Assembly: GCA_964631685.1 (NCBI GenBank)
Contig: CAZVZU010000002.1
Location: 32,001 to 96,000, forward strand
DNA length: 64,000 nt
Direction of reading: 5' to 3'
Source of the DNA: an uncultured Actinomycetes bacterium
GTDB taxonomy: Bacteria; SZUA-79; Acidulodesulfobacterales; Acidulodesulfobacteraceae
The notes under the pieces are model-generated. The model was not told where the DNA came from, searched no databases, and was given only the letters and a program-made list of their open reading frames with translations. Below are positions 1 through 7,742 of the stretch, piece by piece. How positions within the stretch are numbered: the first letter of the stretch is position 1; each line of letters opens with the position of its first letter. The translations under genes and the position numbers were made by a program.

Positions 1-360
1 AGAAGGGCAACAGTTATGTCACCGGCTTCCATATTGACACCGGAAAACTTTAAGGAGATAATTGATGCAGAATCTTTGATGAATTCCAGAAAATTTTCAA
101 GGGATAAGATAAACAGCAGTGTGTCTTTTGAAAACATTATTAGACAACGTGTCAAAATATATATAGAAAAAGTTAAGAATGCCAACCTAAATGATGTTTA
201 TAAAACAATCATAGGAACAACCGAGAAAGCGGTCATAGAAGAGATACTTAGCATATGTAATTACAATCAGATAAAAGCCTCCCGACTGTTAGGAATAAAC
301 AGGAACACCCTACGAAAAAAAATCAAAATACATAAGATAAGTTTAAAAAATCATGAATAA
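1..360 (+). CDS. C-terminal part of an NtrC-family sigma54-dependent regulator with Fis-type HTH (5' end lies outside the window)
   Basis: Frame is open from base 1 (RRATVMS..., like the end of the AAA+ domain). C-terminal NQIKASRLLGINRNTLRKK is a Fis/NtrC HTH. Confidence 0.8.
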   Translation, partial: RRATVMSPASILTPENFKEIIDAESLMNSRKFSRDKINSSVSFENIIRQRVKIYIEKVKNANLNDVYKTIIGTTEKAVIEEILSICNYNQIKASRLLGINRNTLRKKIKIHKISLKNHE

Positions 361-404
361 ACGCGACCGTATAGTTTACCATAGTAATCTTCCCCTATAG
401 AACT

Positions 405-1334
405 TCATCCTTCGTAGGGATTTATGTGGACCATAACCTCGTTTATATATAAATTTGAATTTATTAGATCGTGTTTAACGGTTTCTGCGATATTGTGCGA
501 GATCTTTACAGTCATATATTGATTTATCTCTATTTCAACATCTACGTAAAGATATGGCCCAGATTTCCTAACTTTCAAGCTTGTGACCTTTTCTATCCCT
601 GACACGGTTAGTACTATTTTTTTTATCTTATCTATAACAAAGGTTGGTGGACTCTCGTCCATGAGATTTCCGATGGATTCTTTTATTAGCTTTACAGCGA
701 GACGAAAAATAAAAAAACTAACGACTATCCCCGCAATAGGGTCCATATAATAGTAACCTTTTATCGCAGACAAGATACCTATTACGACTGCAACGGACGC
801 AAAAACATCGCTCCTATGGTCATAAGCCGTGGCGACTAAACCTGCAGATCTTAAAAGCTTTCCCCATTTCAAAGTCCACTTGTAAAGGACTTCTTTTATA
901 ACTATAGTGGACAACGCAACTATCAGCGTATCAATGGCAGGCTTCTCATATTGATGATAATATAGCCTCAAAGACGAATCGGCCACAATTGAAAACCCAA
1001 AAAGAAACAAGGTCAATGCGATAATAAATGTTGCAATCATTTCGGCTTTCGCGTGACCGTACGGATGCTCTCTATCCCTGGGCTTATTAGATATTTTGAA
1101 CGATATATAGACAATAAAACCTGCAAATATATCAGAAAGAGAATTGAAACCATCGGCAACAAGGGCAGAAGAATTGCCCACAATTCCGACGTAAAACTTA
1201 GCTATCGTCAAAATTAGGTTTATAGATATACCTATGTAAGATATATATCTTAATTTATTAAATATGTTTTCTCGGCTAATAGACAATTTCAACTTTGTAC
1301 CAGCAAATAATATATTTTTATTATTATACTTCAA
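405..1334 (-). CDS. Cation diffusion facilitator (FieF-like metal efflux transporter)
   Basis: SSALVADGFNSLSD, HPYGHAKAE and DHRSD motifs, about 6 TM segments, C-terminal dimerisation domain ending VHINP. Start uncertain. Confidence 0.9.
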   Translation of the reverse strand: MKYNNKNILFAGTKLKLSISRENIFNKLRYISYIGISINLILTIAKFYVGIVGNSSALVADGFNSLSDIFAGFIVYISFKISNKPRDREHPYGHAKAEMIATFIIALTLFLFGFSIVADSSLRLYYHQYEKPAIDTLIVALSTIVIKEVLYKWTLKWGKLLRSAGLVATAYDHRSDVFASVAVVIGILSAIKGYYYMDPIAGIVVSFFIFRLAVKLIKESIGNLMDESPPTFVIDKIKKIVLTVSGIEKVTSLKVRKSGPYLYVDVEIEINQYMTVKISHNIAETVKHDLINSNLYINEVMVHINPYEG

Positions 1335-1376
1335 AACGATATTATTGAACTATGTGCATTGGAAATAAACATTGAA

Positions 1377-2027
1377 TCAGCGGACTTTGTTGGCGTCATT
1401 CGTCAACAACGCTATGGCAGCAGGATAGATTACATGCTCAACCTCATGTATTTTTGTCTCTAAAGACTCGATATCGTCCCATTTCTCGATTTTAACAGCC
1501 TCTTGTAATATTATAGGTCCGGAATCAACCTCTTCCGTCACATAATGCACGGTCACCCCTGTATATTTTACGCCATAATTATAAGCCCTTCTTATTGCAT
1601 CCCTGCCCTTGAAGGACGGAAGCAAGGATGGATGTATATTAATTATCCGATGCGGAAACTTTGACACGAATTCTTTAGAGAGTATCATCATAAAACCTGC
1701 AAAGATGATAAATTCAGCATTATAATCTGCTACAATCCTTTCCAATTCACTCTCAAACATCCCTCTTTCCGACGAACTGCTGAACGGTATAACAAAAATC
1801 GGGATTAAGGGTGCTACTTTTTTTACTTTTCCTATCACAGGGGCAGTAGCTATGTTTGATATAACCGCAACTATATTAATATTACCGGACTTATCCTTAA
1901 TAGCTTTATTAGATGTAAAATAATTAATTATATTTAAAGCGTTAGATCCGTTACCGGAAGCTAAAATAATACAATTTTTATCATTTTGAATAGTAATTTT
2001 ATTTGAGACCATTGATTCACACAACAA
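1377..2027 (-). CDS. purN: Phosphoribosylglycinamide formyltransferase
   Basis: ASGNGSN, NIHPSLLPSFKG, TGVTVHYV and DSGPII motifs; follows purM. Real start may be ATG 2012. Confidence 0.95.
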   Translation of the reverse strand: MLCESMVSNKITIQNDKNCIILASGNGSNALNIINYFTSNKAIKDKSGNINIVAVISNIATAPVIGKVKKVAPLIPIFVIPFSSSSERGMFESELERIVADYNAEFIIFAGFMMILSKEFVSKFPHRIINIHPSLLPSFKGRDAIRRAYNYGVKYTGVTVHYVTEEVDSGPIILQEAVKIEKWDDIESLETKIHEVEHVIYPAAIALLTNDANKVR

Positions 2028-2078
2028 TTTTAAAACAATCCGGTAGTTTACGGTTATTGGTTAATAATTAATTGTCAA

Positions 2079-3128
2079 TTAATATAATATAACATTCCTT
2101 GCTAATTTTTCGCTAAATACAGTTTTTCCTATCTCGTAAGCCTCGAACTGCTTCGAGTTGCAATAGGTTAAATTACTAATAAAAGAAATTACCTCGTTCG
2201 AAATATCCTTGTCCACCGCTATAGCTAACCCTATACCTGCATTAAATACTTTATAAAATTCATCATCTTCCAAACCGCCTTGATCTTTTAATATGCGAAA
2301 AACATCCGGCATTATCCATGAATGCTTATCTATTTTAGCTATGATATTATCGGGTAAAATTCTAACCAGATTTTCCGGCAATCCACCACCTGTTATATGA
2401 GCAACACCCTTTATCTTAAAATTCTTCTTGAGGCTCTGTATAAGCTCCGAGTAAATAATAGTAGGTTCTAGAAGGACTTCTTTGACGGTCCGGTCCGTGG
2501 ACGGCAGAGTATCATTTATGCTTAACCCTGCCATATCAAATATGATTTTACGCGCTAAAGAATACCCGTTAGAATGCAGACCGCTGGATGCAACGCCTAT
2601 TATTTTATCATTTTCTTTAATATCTAAACCACTAATAATCTCATCCCTTTCAACTATACCCACAACAAAACCGGCTAAATCATATTCGTTTCCCTTATAA
2701 AAAGAGGGCATTTCAGCCATCTCTCCACCCAAAAGCGAACACCTCGCTAATTTGCACCCTTCAACCATTCCCGACACAATGTCTTTGATAATGTCTGGTT
2801 TTAAATTTGAAGTAGATATGTAATCGAGAAAAAAAAGTGGTTTGGCACCTAAGCATGCAATATCATTTACGCTCATCGCAACAAGGTCAATACCAATGGT
2901 GTTGTGTTTATTTGCGTCAAAAGCTACTTTAAGTTTCGTTCCTACTCCATCTGTTCCTGAAACCAAAACCGGATTTCTAAAATTAAGTTCGCCGATAGAA
3001 AATAGCGAGCCAAATGATCCGAGACCACCTATTACCTCTTTACTATAAGTACTTTTCACCATAGGAGAAATATCAAGAACTGCTTTTTTCCCCGCCTCTA
3101 TATCAACTCCCGCTTTTTTATAATTCAT
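2079..3128 (-). CDS. purM: Phosphoribosylformylglycinamidine cyclo-ligase (AIR synthetase)
   Basis: YKKAGVDI, GTDGVGTK, SSGLHSNGYSL and HITGGG motifs. ATG 3128 preferred over TTG 3134. Confidence 0.97.
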   Translation of the reverse strand: MNYKKAGVDIEAGKKAVLDISPMVKSTYSKEVIGGLGSFGSLFSIGELNFRNPVLVSGTDGVGTKLKVAFDANKHNTIGIDLVAMSVNDIACLGAKPLFFLDYISTSNLKPDIIKDIVSGMVEGCKLARCSLLGGEMAEMPSFYKGNEYDLAGFVVGIVERDEIISGLDIKENDKIIGVASSGLHSNGYSLARKIIFDMAGLSINDTLPSTDRTVKEVLLEPTIIYSELIQSLKKNFKIKGVAHITGGGLPENLVRILPDNIIAKIDKHSWIMPDVFRILKDQGGLEDDEFYKVFNAGIGLAIAVDKDISNEVISFISNLTYCNSKQFEAYEIGKTVFSEKLARNVILY

Positions 3129-3136
3129 GGGCAATC

Positions 3137-3165
3137 ATTGTACATTTTTTTTAAAAACTTGTAAA
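3137..3165 (-). promoter_or_regulatory. Sigma70-type promoter of purMN (TTTACA-N17-TACAAT)
   Basis: -35 at 3165-3160, -10 at 3142-3137, 17-nt spacer, 8 nt upstream of the purM ATG. Confidence 0.6.
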
Positions 3166-3268
3166 GCAGATTGGTTTCTAACGCTTCTTGAAGAAAGTAT
3201 TTATTTATATTGAATTTTATAATATTTTATATTATTATTGTTAATATTTTATTTTATTGGGTTTAGCT

Positions 3269-3862
3269 ATGGCGGATAATAATAATGTAAAAAATGAAAT
3301 AATAAACGAAAGCTATCTCCTTATGTTAAACAAAGGTTACAAAGGTGCTACTATAAGCGATATCCTAAATAGAGTCAATATATCCAAGGGTTCTTTCTAT
3401 TATTATTTTGCTTCAAAAAGAGATGTTGCAAATCTCGTTATAGACGAAAGGATAAAAAAAGAATTTGTTGATATATGGCACGATGTTCACAAGGGCGATA
3501 ATCCAATTAAAAATATAATAAAAAAAATTAACCGTTCATACAATGAAAATAGTGATCACTACCTATCCACAGGATGCCCTTTGGGCAATCTGATTTTAGA
3601 ACTCTCCTCCGTAGATACTGGATTTTCCAAAAAAATCAATTCTATTCTCAAAATGTGGTCGGATTATATCAAGAAAGCGTTAGATAGGTCAATGGAACTT
3701 GGGATTATAAACAAAAAATTTAGCTCAAAAAAAGTAGCTGATTTTTTGGTTGCTTCGATAGAAGGATGTATTTTAATATCAAAATCTTATCACGATAAAA
3801 AAACATTAAGAAATTGCTTCGATTCTGTGATAGGCTACTTAGAATTGATTTCCGAAAACTAA
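3269..3862 (+). CDS. TetR family transcriptional regulator (NemR/LmrA/YxaF-like, GCPLGNL motif)
   Basis: N-terminal HTH (GYKGATISDIL..SKGSFYYYFASK) and C-terminal GCPLGNL. Three Cys. ATG 3269 preferred over TTG 3257. Confidence 0.9.
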   Translation: MADNNNVKNEIINESYLLMLNKGYKGATISDILNRVNISKGSFYYYFASKRDVANLVIDERIKKEFVDIWHDVHKGDNPIKNIIKKINRSYNENSDHYLSTGCPLGNLILELSSVDTGFSKKINSILKMWSDYIKKALDRSMELGIINKKFSSKKVADFLVASIEGCILISKSYHDKKTLRNCFDSVIGYLELISEN

Positions 3863-3877
3863 TTCCTTTACTTTATT

Positions 3878-5218
3878 ATGTGTAAAGAAAAATATATATA
3901 CCTGACAATAGGCTTGTCTTTGGTTGCGCTTGTTTCTCTTTTCGTTCTGACCGCCTGCACTAAAACCACGACACATCCTAAGAAAACTAATGCAAAATAT
4001 ATACATCTAAAAAATCTTTCCGGAAATAAAGATCTACAAAAATTTTCAAATGTATACTGGGAAACTCCCATGAATGAGGGTATCCATTCCTATAATCGGA
4101 CAAAACTTCAAGGGATTACATCATCTTCTTCCTGCATGTTATGTCATTACAAACAGTATGAGAGATGGAAAAAATCAAGAATGGCACACTCGATGGATGC
4201 AGGGGTGGTTGGGCAACTTTTATTAAAAAAGATGACATCAAAACACTGGAAAACTTGGGTTAACAGTTGCTTAAGCTGTCATTCACCGTTTGCCGAATAT
4301 TACGTAAAAAATAATAGTCAATATAATGGATTAAATAAAAAAGAAAAGAACATTCTAAAAAACGGTACAAAAGCGGGAAAGGCGCTGGTTATAGCACTAA
4401 ATGCATTAAACATACCGATGAAAAACGGCGCATCCAGTGTGGGTTGCTCCACCTGTCACGTCAGATACTTCCATAAATTTGGTCCACCGCTTAAAAAATA
4501 CAGGAAGCAGAGCAATATGGCACATATCGGCTTTGTTCCCACCAAGGCTTTTTTAAATTCTTATTTTTGTATAACATGTCATGAACTCCCTCGCAATAAT
4601 AGAAGACTAAATGGTAAATTGTTCGAAAATACTTATGGCGAATGGAAAAAAAGTACTTACTCAAAAAAGGATGTCTCTTGCGAAACGTGCCATACCCCAC
4701 GAGGGCAAATGACTTTTAAAAGTATTTATAATAAAAATTTTGTGTTAAAAGCCTTAACGATCCGCCTTAAAAAAATTAAAATTTATAATGGTAGGATTAA
4801 TACAACCTTAAGCGTAACAAATTCCGGAGTCGGGCATAATTTCCCTACATATACAACACCTAAGGTTATTTTAAGTATAGCTCAGGAAAAAGCCGGCGGA
4901 AACATCATCGATAAATCGACCAAACATTATACAATAGGTTGGAGTGTAAGCTTGAATTTAAAAAAACAATATTTCGACACACGGTTAAAACCATTTCAAA
5001 CCGCAAAACTGAATTATAATTATCCGCTGTTTCACAACGCAAAATATATAAAAGCATGGATTACCGTCAAACCTGAATCTCATTATGCTAAATTCTTCGA
5101 GGCATATTTAAAGATCAAACAATTACCGAAAATTATAAGGATTCTTTTTTTAAAGGCACTAAAGGAAGATAAGAATAGCCAATATCTGCTCTGGAAACAG
5201 CAAGTTAACATGCACTGA
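3878..5218 (+). CDS. Pentaheme c-type cytochrome lipoprotein (cytochrome c554-like multiheme family)
   Basis: Lipobox LTAC27. Five CxxCH motifs (CMLCH, CLSCH, CSTCH, CITCH, CETCH). CHxxQYxxWxxS and NxGxGHxFPT motifs. Confidence 0.85.
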   Translation: MCKEKYIYLTIGLSLVALVSLFVLTACTKTTTHPKKTNAKYIHLKNLSGNKDLQKFSNVYWETPMNEGIHSYNRTKLQGITSSSSCMLCHYKQYERWKKSRMAHSMDAGVVGQLLLKKMTSKHWKTWVNSCLSCHSPFAEYYVKNNSQYNGLNKKEKNILKNGTKAGKALVIALNALNIPMKNGASSVGCSTCHVRYFHKFGPPLKKYRKQSNMAHIGFVPTKAFLNSYFCITCHELPRNNRRLNGKLFENTYGEWKKSTYSKKDVSCETCHTPRGQMTFKSIYNKNFVLKALTIRLKKIKIYNGRINTTLSVTNSGVGHNFPTYTTPKVILSIAQEKAGGNIIDKSTKHYTIGWSVSLNLKKQYFDTRLKPFQTAKLNYNYPLFHNAKYIKAWITVKPESHYAKFFEAYLKIKQLPKIIRILFLKALKEDKNSQYLLWKQQVNMH

Positions 5219-5232
5219 ACCCGTTGCAGACA

Positions 5233-5269
5233 AAAGAAAGAGTCGAATTTTAGATTCGACTCTTTCTTT
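5233..5269. terminator. Bidirectional intrinsic terminator between convergent transcription units
   Basis: Perfect 16-bp inverted repeat AAAGAAAGAGTCGAAT / ATTCGACTCTTTCTTT with a 5-nt loop, giving U-rich tails on both strands. Confidence 0.85.
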
Positions 5270-5283
5270 AAATCGACAAGTAT

Positions 5284-6234
5284 TTATTTTTTATAGTTAT
5301 GAATATGTAAATCTACTATAGGAGCGTTGGGAATTCTTGAGTATTGCGTCCATGAACCATTGTAATCGGCAACGTTTTTTTTACCAATTACAAACTTGGC
5401 TACGAACCAATCAAGGCTTGCCCAATATCCCGTATTACAATATGTAATCATTGGTTTGCGTAAATTAACGCCTGCATGTATCATTATAATCCGTGCTTCT
5501 CTAGGTGTCACAAATTCGTAGTAACCCCTTCTGGAAATTTTTTCGAATTTTTTGAACGGAACATTAATAGCCCCCGGCACATGCCCGTGCTTTACGAACC
5601 TCTTGTCATGGTCCATTCCTTTATACCACGCTACCGGACGAGCATCAATTAAAACAGCGTCACGTGTTTCCAAATATTTCCATATCCTTTGATATGAGAC
5701 GCGTGAGCGTAAATTGATAGTAGCGATTTTAAAATTGCTTTCCATCGGACGAGAAGGTGTCGTCGTAACGGGTAATTTGTCATACATCCACGCTGCCAAT
5801 CCTCCGTTTAATATCGCCGTATTTCTTAATCCATAAAACCACGCCGTCCACAATGCCCTTGTTTCACTACTATAGCCCAACGGAAATTTAGACATACCAG
5901 CACCGGTAAAAATAATTATACTACGGTTGGTTATGCCAGCCCTCCGATAAATATTGGTGATTTTCTGCGGACTCGCAATATTGCCGAGAACGTTAATGCC
6001 GATATATTTCTGCATTATGGAAGGAAACGGTATGTCAACCGACCCGGGAATGTGTCCCGATGAATAGGCCCTTGGAACCCTTATGTCTACTATCACCACG
6101 TTCTTGTTACGCATATGGTTATAAACCCAGCGGGGCGAAACCAAATGGTTGTTAGGCACATTCAATGCGTAAACGCTACCAATTCCCAAAAACATCACCG
6201 CGAAGGCAATTATTAAAATTTTTAATTTTTTCAT
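5284..6234 (-). CDS. Exported tandem-domain rhodanese / sulfurtransferase
   Basis: Sec signal ending VYA. GHIPGS, LNGGLAAW, GHVPGA and YNGSWTQY motifs; catalytic loop YCNTGYWAS. Confidence 0.9.
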   Translation of the reverse strand: MKKLKILIIAFAVMFLGIGSVYALNVPNNHLVSPRWVYNHMRNKNVVIVDIRVPRAYSSGHIPGSVDIPFPSIMQKYIGINVLGNIASPQKITNIYRRAGITNRSIIIFTGAGMSKFPLGYSSETRALWTAWFYGLRNTAILNGGLAAWMYDKLPVTTTPSRPMESNFKIATINLRSRVSYQRIWKYLETRDAVLIDARPVAWYKGMDHDKRFVKHGHVPGAINVPFKKFEKISRRGYYEFVTPREARIIMIHAGVNLRKPMITYCNTGYWASLDWFVAKFVIGKKNVADYNGSWTQYSRIPNAPIVDLHIHNYKK

Positions 6235-6314
6235 GGCATTTTTTCTCCAAATTAAAGTTTAAGGTTAAATGCTAAACCGACACAAAACAATGTAACAATA
6301 TTTATTTTAAAAAT

Positions 6315-6515
6315 TTAAGCATCTTCTAAATCTTTAACTACGATAGGGACATCGCTCCATAAGATCTCATCTAAAATCATATTTACGTCACTATTTTTTT
6401 TAATTTCCCTGACTTCTACGCCTCTTTTTTTTAAATTTTCAGCGACCTTATGCATAATCCCATGTTTATTAATTTTAGAATCATTAACGTACAGAAATAA
6501 AATTTTTTTATTCAT
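6315..6515 (-). CDS. Small DsrH/TusB-like protein (no Cys)
   Basis: KKILFL N-terminal strand and ILDEILWSDVPIV C-terminus resemble the DsrEFH fold. ATGA overlap with the upstream gene. Confidence 0.45.
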   Translation of the reverse strand: MNKKILFLYVNDSKINKHGIMHKVAENLKKRGVEVREIKKNSDVNMILDEILWSDVPIVVKDLEDA

Positions 6516-6781
6516 AAAATGTACACCACATCCGCATTTTGTATTTCATCGGTTAAGTTATTTAAATCGGCATTATTATCGGGATCTATATATTGCAACG
6601 GAGTTTCGCCAAATTCCATGGCTTCAAGCTGAACGTCCACATCTTCGTTTCTCTCTAAATCGCCTATTACGACCACTCTCACCTGATCGTCTAATAATGT
6701 TAAACCGTTAGCCATCCTCAGCCCTTCATTCTTTTTAAACTGAGATATCACTAATATATGTTTTGGTTTTTCATTTTTCAT
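6512..6781 (-). CDS. Small DsrF/TusC-like protein (no Cys)
   Basis: KHILVI..EGLRMANGL..V.VVV and IQNADVVYIL fit the DsrE/F family pattern. SD AAGGA. Confidence 0.6.
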   Translation of the reverse strand: MKNEKPKHILVISQFKKNEGLRMANGLTLLDDQVRVVVIGDLERNEDVDVQLEAMEFGETPLQYIDPDNNADLNNLTDEIQNADVVYIL

Positions 6782-6822
6782 TATTTATCCTTATTAAAAT
6801 TATTACAGGGCTACAAGATAGA

Positions 6823-7143
6823 TTAAAATACAACCACTCGATCAGAACGTCTAACCAATTCGGCATCTTGATATTGCCCGCCTATTATTATCTTATCTTT
6901 AAATTTATGCTTAAATTTTTCCATGTTTTCAGTCTCCCCTAATCTATCAATAGAGTGTTCACAAACCGATACCGTGCAATAAATTTTATTAACTAAATCG
7001 GCAAAATTATCCAAGTTTAGTAGTAAAATACCCCTATCCGTCAGAAAACATTCAGTTTCGAACCCATTTGAAGATGCCGTTCTTAACAACCTCATTGCGT
7101 CATTCGTATATCTATCATCAGTCACCACAATGCCGATATGCAT
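6823..7143 (-). CDS. DsrE/TusD-like sulfur carrier
   Basis: HIGIVVT, CFLTDRGI, VCEHS (Cys at the DsrE active position) and AELVRRSDRVVVF. ATG 7143 follows SD AAGGGGG. Confidence 0.75.
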   Translation of the reverse strand: MHIGIVVTDDRYTNDAMRLLRTASSNGFETECFLTDRGILLLNLDNFADLVNKIYCTVSVCEHSIDRLGETENMEKFKHKFKDKIIIGGQYQDAELVRRSDRVVVF

Positions 7144-7175
7144 AAATACCCCCTTGCTCATTCTCTTGAAATATT

Positions 7176-7424
7176 TTATTTTACGATCTCAATTGTATAG
7201 ACACCCTTTTCCAACGCTGTATTTAGAATCGAATGATCCTCGTTGGCACAAAATTGGGATATGCTTTCATGGGAAGAAGGATTACTGACTATGATTTTTA
7301 CATGGTCACCCTTGCTTAACTTTTCTAAAACTTTTTTTGTATACATTTGAGGAACAGGACAAACATAGCCAGTAACATCCAACATATAGTTGTTATCGCT
7401 TATTTTTTCAAATTTTACCGCCAT
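7176..7424 (-). CDS. TusA/SirA (YeeD-like) sulfurtransferase
   Basis: LDVTGYVCPVP (CPxP motif), 82 aa, SD AAGGAGG. Confidence 0.9.
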   Translation of the reverse strand: MAVKFEKISDNNYMLDVTGYVCPVPQMYTKKVLEKLSKGDHVKIIVSNPSSHESISQFCANEDHSILNTALEKGVYTIEIVK

Positions 7425-7460
7425 AATAATCTATAACCTCCTTATAATTTTTCATTACTT

Positions 7461-7718
7461 TTAGTTTTTGAGAACCTCATAGGTATATATCCCTTTCTCA
7501 TTTAAAACATCGACTAATTCACATTTCTCAATTTCACACATTCCCATAATACTAAAACACTCGTCACATGACGGACCCTTGGTTACTACCTTTAAATGAA
7601 ATCCTGTCTTGAGTTTGTCTAGCACTTTCTTAACATATACCTGCGTCCTTTTCTCGCTTAATTTTCTACAATCAAGCATATAAGTATTTTCTGATTGTTT
7701 CCATAGAATATCGCCCAT
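7461..7718 (-). CDS. TusA-like paralog lacking CPxP, with CDEC and five Cys
   Basis: Aligns by eye with the neighbouring TusA (YMLD, KKVL.KL..G, EKG.YT). Strong SD AAGGAGGAG. Confidence 0.75.
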   Translation of the reverse strand: MGDILWKQSENTYMLDCRKLSEKRTQVYVKKVLDKLKTGFHLKVVTKGPSCDECFSIMGMCEIEKCELVDVLNEKGIYTYEVLKN

Positions 7719-7742
7719 AATTTATATCTCCTCCTTACAAGA

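Noticed and set aside
16..360. Stand-alone Fis protein
   Set aside because: The frame is open to base 1 and reads like the tail of an NtrC-type AAA+ regulator truncated by the window.
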